Shown: positions 57,686 through 64,000 of the stretch, in pieces
How positions within the stretch are numbered: the stretch's first letter is position 1
Layout of the letters: each line of letters starts with the position of its first letter
IMG/VR virus record: IMGVR_UViG_3300044535_002275
Coordinates: 1-64,000 of that record
Origin: a virus
DNA length: 64,000 nt
Strand: one strand, 5' to 3'
The notes under the pieces: model-generated
Seen by the model: only the letters and a program-made list of their open reading frames with translations
Database searches by the model: none
Told to the model about the DNA's origin: nothing
Made by a program: the position numbers and the translations under genes

Positions 57686-59169
57686 AACATATCTTAGGAA
57701 TCAGTGCTGGATTTCATGATGCTGCTGCTACTGTAGTTCGCAAAGACGGAGAAATAGTATTTGCCGGACACAGTGAACGATACAGCAAGAAAAAGAATGA
57801 TGCCGATATTTCGTTAGAATTATTAAACGAAATTGACATGTCTTCTATTGATACTATTGCTTATTACGAACGTCCTGCAATGAAGCAACTGCGTCAACTC
57901 TACAGCGGTCAAGGCATTGAGTGGAATAAATTAACAGCTCGGCAAGTTCTTGAGAAGCAGCTGGGCTTTAATAGAATCAATGGTCGTCAATTACAAACTT
58001 ACAATCATCATTTAAGTCATGCAGCAGCAGGATTTCAAACCAGTCCCTTTGATCGTGCTACCGTAGTAGTTATTGATGCAATCGGTGAATGGGACACAAT
58101 TAGTATATGGGCAGCAGATTATAGTCGGATGGGTCAAGCAGTTTATAGAAAACTTTGGGGACAGCGTTATCCCCACTCAATAGGACTTTTTTATAGTGCA
58201 ATTACTCAGCGAGTCGGACTACATCCATTGGACGAAGAATACATAACCATGGGTATGGCAGCATGGGGGAAATCGACACATTCTCTAGCCATGCTCGATG
58301 ATTTATTACAAGATCAATCAGCTATTCGATTCAAAGATAATTTACATACCGGAATTGATCAATCTTGGATGTCTTCTGTAAAGAACGAAGACATTGCGGC
58401 TAGTGCTCAAGAACTTGCCGAACAACTGATTTACAATGTAATGCAACGAGCTGCTGAGTTTAATTGGAGCGATAATTTAGTTTACATGGGTGGAGTGGCT
58501 TTAAATTGCTTGGCCAATAGAAATCTTGGAAATTATTTTGATAAAATTTGGATTATGCCTTGCCCTGGTGATGCTGGTAGTAGCCTCGGTGCCGCTGCCC
58601 TGGCTCATGGTCGTCGCCTTAATTGGCAACATCCCTACCTGGGTCATGTTATACCTGGCGCATACCCTGTTGCTACTGCTGTTGATTGTTTGCTTGCTGA
58701 TCGCATCGTGGGAGTAGCCAGTGGCGCAGCGGAATTTGGACCACGAGCACTGGGCAACAGAAGTTTGTTGGCCGATCCACGCGGCCCTGATATCAAGGAA
58801 CAAGTAAATGAAATCAAACGTAGACAACAATTTAGACCTTTTGCCCCTGTCATCTTGGAAGAATATGCTGATCAATACTTTGATCTTCCTTGCGGTTTCG
58901 ATAGTAGTCCTTATATGCAATCTGTCGCCCGCTGTCTGGCTCCTGACTTATATCCTGCTATTGTTCACGTGGATGGCACTAGTAGAGTTCAAACAGTGGC
59001 TCCGGACTCGAGCTCAGGAATCAGACAACTGTTAGAAGCCTGGCATGCACGCACCGGATGTCCTATGTTGTTAAATACCAGCTTAAACATCAGAGGTGAA
59101 CCCATGGTCAACAATAGAGCTGACGCTGATAGATTTGAAAAATTATATGGAGTAAAAGTAGTTTCGTAA
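57682..59169 (+). CDS. O-carbamoyltransferase, CmcH/NodU/TobZ family
   Basis: GIS.GFHDAAA, ERYS..KND, HHLSHAA, DAIGE, GGVALNC, GDAG, EFGPRALGNRS, FRPFAP, HVDGTSRVQTV and LNTSLN. Confidence 0.95.
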   Translation: MKHILGISAGFHDAAATVVRKDGEIVFAGHSERYSKKKNDADISLELLNEIDMSSIDTIAYYERPAMKQLRQLYSGQGIEWNKLTARQVLEKQLGFNRINGRQLQTYNHHLSHAAAGFQTSPFDRATVVVIDAIGEWDTISIWAADYSRMGQAVYRKLWGQRYPHSIGLFYSAITQRVGLHPLDEEYITMGMAAWGKSTHSLAMLDDLLQDQSAIRFKDNLHTGIDQSWMSSVKNEDIAASAQELAEQLIYNVMQRAAEFNWSDNLVYMGGVALNCLANRNLGNYFDKIWIMPCPGDAGSSLGAAALAHGRRLNWQHPYLGHVIPGAYPVATAVDCLLADRIVGVASGAAEFGPRALGNRSLLADPRGPDIKEQVNEIKRRQQFRPFAPVILEEYADQYFDLPCGFDSSPYMQSVARCLAPDLYPAIVHVDGTSRVQTVAPDSSSGIRQLLEAWHARTGCPMLLNTSLNIRGEPMVNNRADADRFEKLYGVKVVS

Positions 59170-59173
59170 CGTA

Positions 59174-60193
59174 TCAAAGATACGTTTCTAAACCACCGCG
59201 TCGACGCAAGTCCTGAGTACAGCAACTAATACCACCATCCCAGAAGTAACTGTGTCGCAATTCGCTAATGATCGGTTCAATTTTGTGTTTGCGACAAAAA
59301 TCAAAAACTTGCTTGTTGTAAGCACTAAAGATAACATGTTGTTCATCTAATACCAAGCAGTTGACGTCGAACACAGTTTCGGCAACAAACCCCGTCCAAT
59401 TAGTAAGATATGTGTTTACGTAATTAGTAAACTCTGGAGTAGGAGTTTGTCCTTGAATGTACCATGCTCCAGGACTTTGTTCATATTTAAATTTACCAAT
59501 TTCCATAGCAGCCCAGATACTACTGTCCCAAATTTTACACACATCCCAACCAGGAAAATCTCTTGCTAGATTCAGATTAACATCGTGCTTGCTAGATAAA
59601 ATAACCCCAGGTTTAAGTATAGCAAATACAGCATCACCGTGACCGTCGGTTACTGCTTCGTGAATTCTATATTCTGGCCCTAGTACATTTTCAACAATCC
59701 ATTGAGTTTGATCTGGACGAAGAAAATCGCTATTGTCAAAAAAAACGTCTCGCCCTACACGTACAATACAACTAGCACTGGCGCCGTTTAATATACAATC
59801 CTGATCCCATGCACTTTTATGTGGATTAATTACTTGATCTGTATATTGCCCGCAAATCTCGTCTAGCTCGTGCATAGCTAATACACGTAACAATTTGTCT
59901 CCGAGAGTAATTTGCCAGTCTCTGGGAGTCAGTGGAGGTAGCGGAGCACCACCGCCTTCGGTTTGAAACCAAACAAACTGATCTTTAGGTGGTAAATCCG
60001 GCCGCAGTACACGAGCACCGTATTGTTCGATTGTTCGTTGAAGATTGTTGAGATCTTCTTCAGTTTCGGCTAGTATTTGCTGCAACTGATTGCGGACTTG
60101 AGGATTTTCAATAAAATCAAAATAATCCGGACTGTAGGCACGCCCTACAATAACTTCTTCAAGAGGTTGCCAACTGGTATAAGAATTGATCAT
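59174..60193 (-). CDS. Amidinotransferase (glycine/inosamine-phosphate amidinotransferase family)
   Basis: NSYTSWQPLEEVIVG, PRD, GHGD and C-terminal GGISCCTQDLRR (catalytic His and Cys positions). Confidence 0.85.
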   Translation of the reverse strand: MINSYTSWQPLEEVIVGRAYSPDYFDFIENPQVRNQLQQILAETEEDLNNLQRTIEQYGARVLRPDLPPKDQFVWFQTEGGGAPLPPLTPRDWQITLGDKLLRVLAMHELDEICGQYTDQVINPHKSAWDQDCILNGASASCIVRVGRDVFFDNSDFLRPDQTQWIVENVLGPEYRIHEAVTDGHGDAVFAILKPGVILSSKHDVNLNLARDFPGWDVCKIWDSSIWAAMEIGKFKYEQSPGAWYIQGQTPTPEFTNYVNTYLTNWTGFVAETVFDVNCLVLDEQHVIFSAYNKQVFDFCRKHKIEPIISELRHSYFWDGGISCCTQDLRRRGGLETYL

Positions 60194-61380
60194 GTGTATT
60201 GTAATTTATTAAGTAAGGTATTTAAGCGATCAAATTTACGTTGATTAAATAATTTTTGATTGTGTTCTATGTCATCTCTACAAGAATCAAACCATTTGTG
60301 CATGTCTTGTTGTTGCAGTTTAGCAATAGAATCTCGACACTTAATCCATCTTTGGGTGTTATCAGATACAGTATCGTAATTGTTGTCTATGGCATGATCA
60401 AATGTTCGATATCCTAATTCTCTTAGTGCTTGTAAACTACCTGCACAACCTACAATAACAAAAGGATGCCCGTGTTTGATTGCCTTAAAGGTTTTTTCTG
60501 TTAGAAAAGCACCCCTGGAACTGTCGGCATCGTAATGAGTTTCTAATACTATACTGCAATAAGAGTCAGTGTAGTGATCGTAAACTGTGTTGTGATGATC
60601 GTTGTGTTGATCTATACTCAACGAGTCGCAAGAATACGGGCAATTGGACAAAAACTTGTAAAGATTATCTCTAATATTTAATGTATCAATTTCAATGGGA
60701 CAGTCAGATTCAGATTCCCCAGTTCCGAGCTCTGTTGAATAACTCCAAAAACTCTGATTTAGTAAATTTTGATTCTGCAGGTCTGTCATTACAACAGCTC
60801 GCCACCATTTATGCGTTCTTGATAACACAGTGAATTGCTGATTTCTTGAACGCTGATGTATTTCTGCTGCTGTCGAACTTTGATTTCTTTGCCAGTACAA
60901 CAGTTCGTGATCAGGAAACCAGGCAAATCCTTTCAACGACGCCGCTGCAGTATTGCCACTAACAAAGCGATAACAATTGCTGGATAATTTGTGTTGTTGA
61001 CACAACTGATCCAGTCTTTGTTTTATATCAGCAGGGCTATCGCCTTCGTGATAATAAAATAAAACTGTTAATTTTTCTGCCCGAAGTGATTCTGATACTT
61101 CAGCAGGCATAAGAGCAAAGTAATCAATTGCGAAATCAAAAAATCCCAGGCCTATGCAATAAAACGAATCAGGCGGCCATGATTCTTTGACCCAGTGAAA
61201 CTCGTATGGATAATTGTGTGTACGGCAGTGCTCAAACAACTCAACTGGAACAGTGTGTGGCCAGTGCTGACCAAATTCCCGCCAGGCAGCAGTATATGGT
61301 CTGGCTTGCCATGTAGTCAATGCAGGGTATGCTTTATTTCGAACAATCCGATCAACTACAAAATTAAATTTTGAACTCAT
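60190..61380 (-). CDS. Putative glycosyltransferase ('TEK' family) #2
   Basis: SIVLET........FLTEKTFKAI..GHPFVIVG..GSL..LRELGYRTF...IDN.YD. Confidence 0.5.
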   Translation of the reverse strand: MSSKFNFVVDRIVRNKAYPALTTWQARPYTAAWREFGQHWPHTVPVELFEHCRTHNYPYEFHWVKESWPPDSFYCIGLGFFDFAIDYFALMPAEVSESLRAEKLTVLFYYHEGDSPADIKQRLDQLCQQHKLSSNCYRFVSGNTAAASLKGFAWFPDHELLYWQRNQSSTAAEIHQRSRNQQFTVLSRTHKWWRAVVMTDLQNQNLLNQSFWSYSTELGTGESESDCPIEIDTLNIRDNLYKFLSNCPYSCDSLSIDQHNDHHNTVYDHYTDSYCSIVLETHYDADSSRGAFLTEKTFKAIKHGHPFVIVGCAGSLQALRELGYRTFDHAIDNNYDTVSDNTQRWIKCRDSIAKLQQQDMHKWFDSCRDDIEHNQKLFNQRKFDRLNTLLNKLQYT

Positions 61381-62455
61381 TTAACATTCCAGTTAATTCA
61401 GTCCACAAAACTTCTGTTAGCCCACCATTATAAAAATGATTGTAGTTGTGTTCTACAATTGGCAAGCATGCACGATGTATAGCTTGTCTTTCTTTAACAG
61501 ATAACGAATCCAATTGTTTAAGTAATGTAGTTACACGCTCGATGCGTTGAAAATCATCAATTTCTTCATCGTAGCTTTCGTCGAATATGCTCGAGAAAGT
61601 CTTGAATCCATAACCTCGTAGATAATCAAGACTACCAGCAGGAGCTACTAGTACAAATGGCATTTCTAATGCAATGGCTTTAAATGTTTTTTCGGTGATG
61701 TGTAGTCTACGTCCAAAGTATACAGTTTCGGTCGGAACATAAACTAGACTATCGGCAGCTTCGTTAAAGTTAGTAAGCCAACAAGAAGTCATGTGCTGTT
61801 GTTCCTCTCCTGGAAATAACTTAGGCAATGATGCTTGATTTAATACTTGTTCAATGTCGTTATATGTGTTACAATATTTTTGTGCTATAACACTAATATC
61901 TATATTTTCATAACTACAAACTCTCGGAGCAGAAATCCAATTATGATCCAGCTTATTCTTAAACACATTATACAAAAACAAAACTCTATGGTCACGTTTA
62001 CCAGCAACTATTCTATTTGGGCTCATAAATGTGCGAGTGGGGGCACGGTCTCTGGCTCTTGGTATTAAAAAAGTTTTATCGTAACCACGAAACCAGTCCT
62101 GACAAGCCCAACCATGATAAAAGTAATAATGCGGCTGCCATCCATACTGTTTGATCAATTGTTCAACCGGTTCACCGATTTCGCTAACAACTACATGTCC
62201 TTGAGGCTTGGCCCAGATGTCTTTGTTTCTTCTGATTACATCATCAAATAAAGGTTTATGCAAATCCAAATGAATAGGTTCTTGGTCGTGAAAAAATACA
62301 TAATCGGTTTCTATGACATTGTCCTGCCCTAGGTTAAATAGACTGTCAGGATCACTGCGTCCTGGCGGATCACAAAAGAAAACTCTAGTTCCGTCTTTGT
62401 TTTGATTAATCCAAGGCCAGAACGTGTTGTTGTAAATTTCATCTATTCTAATCAT
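61364..62455 (-). CDS. Putative glycosyltransferase ('TEK' family) #3
   Basis: NR....R.HR...YVPTET.......ITEKTFKAI....PFVLV...GSL.YLR.YGFKTF..IFDESYD. Confidence 0.5.
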   Translation of the reverse strand: MIRIDEIYNNTFWPWINQNKDGTRVFFCDPPGRSDPDSLFNLGQDNVIETDYVFFHDQEPIHLDLHKPLFDDVIRRNKDIWAKPQGHVVVSEIGEPVEQLIKQYGWQPHYYFYHGWACQDWFRGYDKTFLIPRARDRAPTRTFMSPNRIVAGKRDHRVLFLYNVFKNKLDHNWISAPRVCSYENIDISVIAQKYCNTYNDIEQVLNQASLPKLFPGEEQQHMTSCWLTNFNEAADSLVYVPTETVYFGRRLHITEKTFKAIALEMPFVLVAPAGSLDYLRGYGFKTFSSIFDESYDEEIDDFQRIERVTTLLKQLDSLSVKERQAIHRACLPIVEHNYNHFYNGGLTEVLWTELTGMLNEFKI

Positions 62456-64000
62456 GTTTGATATTTTCTATCTAGGTAAAAAGCCCAATTTGTTTGCTCA
62501 CGAAAGAGCAGTGGATAATATTGAACAAGCACAACAGCTAAGTCGCACAAGATATTTTTGGATTGTCGATTACTTATCGGATTATACAGGGTGGGATTGG
62601 CTTTGGGAACCTGTGCCGTGGCAATCCCATCAGAGACATGCATGGCCCAGTCAACACCAGCTAGATTCTGGCACTTACCTTGTACCAAAATTAGGTTACG
62701 CAGAAACAAATTATCATACAGATCAAACTATAATACGTTTGCCGTCTTACGATAATTGGGAAATTCTAGAAAAAATAGATGACTTACAATGGGATTGGTC
62801 GTGGCATCCTAATGCGTCGGACCCTGCATACATTTACGATTTTGGTAATCAATGGAATCCTCCCGAATATAAAGCTAGTGTTCGATATCATGTTTCTGAA
62901 GCCACGGAAACAAAATACATAAGTCATATAAGAACAGTTCGTCTTCCGCAACCTGGTTTATTTAGGCACAATCTGGCTGTGAGTTCTTTTGATTATAGTT
63001 GGGAACCAAACCCGTTTGATCCGCCAATGACTTATGTTTTCGGAAATCAATGGAATCCGGCTGTATTGGAACCAACAGTGATCTACGATACACCCACAGC
63101 AACGGAAATCAAATATATAGATGATATCAGTGCTGTGGTAGCCAAGGATATGTCTCATTGGCAGATATTAGACGATATTATTGATTTTGATTACAGTTGG
63201 CGACCGAATCCCACTGATCCTCCGTACATCTATATATTTGGTAATCAATGGTTAAGTCCGGAGCAACGCCCTGCACTAAAATACGTAGTACCTGGTGCAA
63301 CTGATATCAAGTACATGGATGAACCCAAGGCAGTTCGAGTTGCAGATCCAGATAAATTTGAAACACTGCATGAATGTGATTTTGATTACTCTTGGGAACC
63401 AGATCCTGGATCACCGCCTTACGATTATGTATTTGGTAATCAGTGGTGGCCAGCCGAAATTATGCCTACTGTTAGATATAACATGCTGGGCGCAACTGAT
63501 ATCAAGTACATAGATCAACCTATGGCTCGTTTGCCCGAAAGGCACGATAACCATTGGGAAACTGTAATTGATTGCGAATGGGATTATAGTTGGATTCCAG
63601 ATCCTGGAGATCCGCCGTACATTTACGTATTCGGCAATCAGTGGTATTCAGCAGAAGTAATGCCCACAGTGAAATATCATGTTGCAGGAGCAACACAAGA
63701 AAAATATTTAGATTATCCTGCAGCAAAATTGTTACCATCAATTGAGTATTGGTCTATTCCTGAGGAAGTCGACCGTGTCAATATTGATTTCAGCTGGGTG
63801 CCGCACCCCAACGACGACCCTTATATACACCATTTCGGTAGCGAGTATCAAGTTAGTGTTGGTTTAACATACACTGTACCGGGTGCAACTGAATTGAAAT
63901 TCGAAGGAGAAATTCCTTTACTGTCAAAAGAGAAAAAAGCAATTGATGTAGTAGATATGTTTTTTATCGACCGAAGCAACGCTATGAGCAATACTAGATT
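62454..64000 (+). CDS. Large Trp/Pro/Tyr-rich tandem-repeat protein (partial; runs off the window edge)
   Basis: Not in the ORF track. The frame is open from ATG 62454 to the end: MFDIFYLGKKPNLFAHE...SRTRYFWIVD... followed by ~66-aa repeats. Confidence 0.85.
   Translation, partial: MFDIFYLGKKPNLFAHERAVDNIEQAQQLSRTRYFWIVDYLSDYTGWDWLWEPVPWQSHQRHAWPSQHQLDSGTYLVPKLGYAETNYHTDQTIIRLPSYDNWEILEKIDDLQWDWSWHPNASDPAYIYDFGNQWNPPEYKASVRYHVSEATETKYISHIRTVRLPQPGLFRHNLAVSSFDYSWEPNPFDPPMTYVFGNQWNPAVLEPTVIYDTPTATEIKYIDDISAVVAKDMSHWQILDDIIDFDYSWRPNPTDPPYIYIFGNQWLSPEQRPALKYVVPGATDIKYMDEPKAVRVADPDKFETLHECDFDYSWEPDPGSPPYDYVFGNQWWPAEIMPTVRYNMLGATDIKYIDQPMARLPERHDNHWETVIDCEWDYSWIPDPGDPPYIYVFGNQWYSAEVMPTVKYHVAGATQEKYLDYPAAKLLPSIEYWSIPEEVDRVNIDFSWVPHPNDDPYIHHFGSEYQVSVGLTYTVPGATELKFEGEIPLLSKEKKAIDVVDMFFIDRSNAMSNTR
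62592..63905 (+). repeat. Seven degenerate ~66-codon coding repeats, consensus (F/W)DYSW.P.P.DPPY.YVFGNQW.......V.Y..PGAT..KY.D
   Basis: Units start at about 62592, 62790, 62988, 63186, 63381, 63579 and 63783 (spacing 195-204 nt). Confidence 0.85.

Noticed and set aside
57682-60193. Saxitoxin or aminoglycoside antibiotic cluster
   Set aside because: Only generic tailoring families are shared; no scaffold-forming enzymes are present in the window.
62592-63905. CRISPR-like or guide-RNA array
   Set aside because: Periods are multiples of three, conservation is at amino-acid level, and the frame is open throughout.
1-64000. Stop-codon reassignment, inteins or introns in core genes
   Set aside because: Core genes translate full length in the standard code, all three stop codons are used, and no intein or intron insertions are evident.

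Overview
This 64 kb window is part of a large T4-like (jumbo-type) myovirus genome. It is densely coding in the standard genetic code, and I saw no tRNA, rRNA, CRISPR array or IS element. Head module (minus strand): partial major capsid, scaffold, prohead protease, two core proteins and portal, preceded by a tape measure protein with two peptidoglycan-hydrolase-like domains. Next come a divergent tail-chaperone pair joined by a likely -1 frameshift and a three-gene cassette with an aminoacyl-tRNA-protein transferase-like gene. A stand-alone GIY-YIG nuclease is followed directly by about 490 nt of highly base-paired non-coding sequence. After gp46/gp47 and the late sigma factor gp55 lies the baseplate/tail module, which includes a 4643-aa protein. 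The last ~18 kb is a tailoring-enzyme island: five N-terminal-twitch radical SAM enzymes, a carbamoyltransferase, an amidinotransferase, several glycosyltransferase-like genes, a 33-aa micro-ORF and a tandem-repeat protein. The two best candidates for an undescribed system are (1) the late-promoter GIY-YIG nuclease plus large structured RNA and (2) the radical-SAM/carbamoyl/amidino/glycosyltransferase island. All family assignments are from motif recognition by eye; no searches were run.
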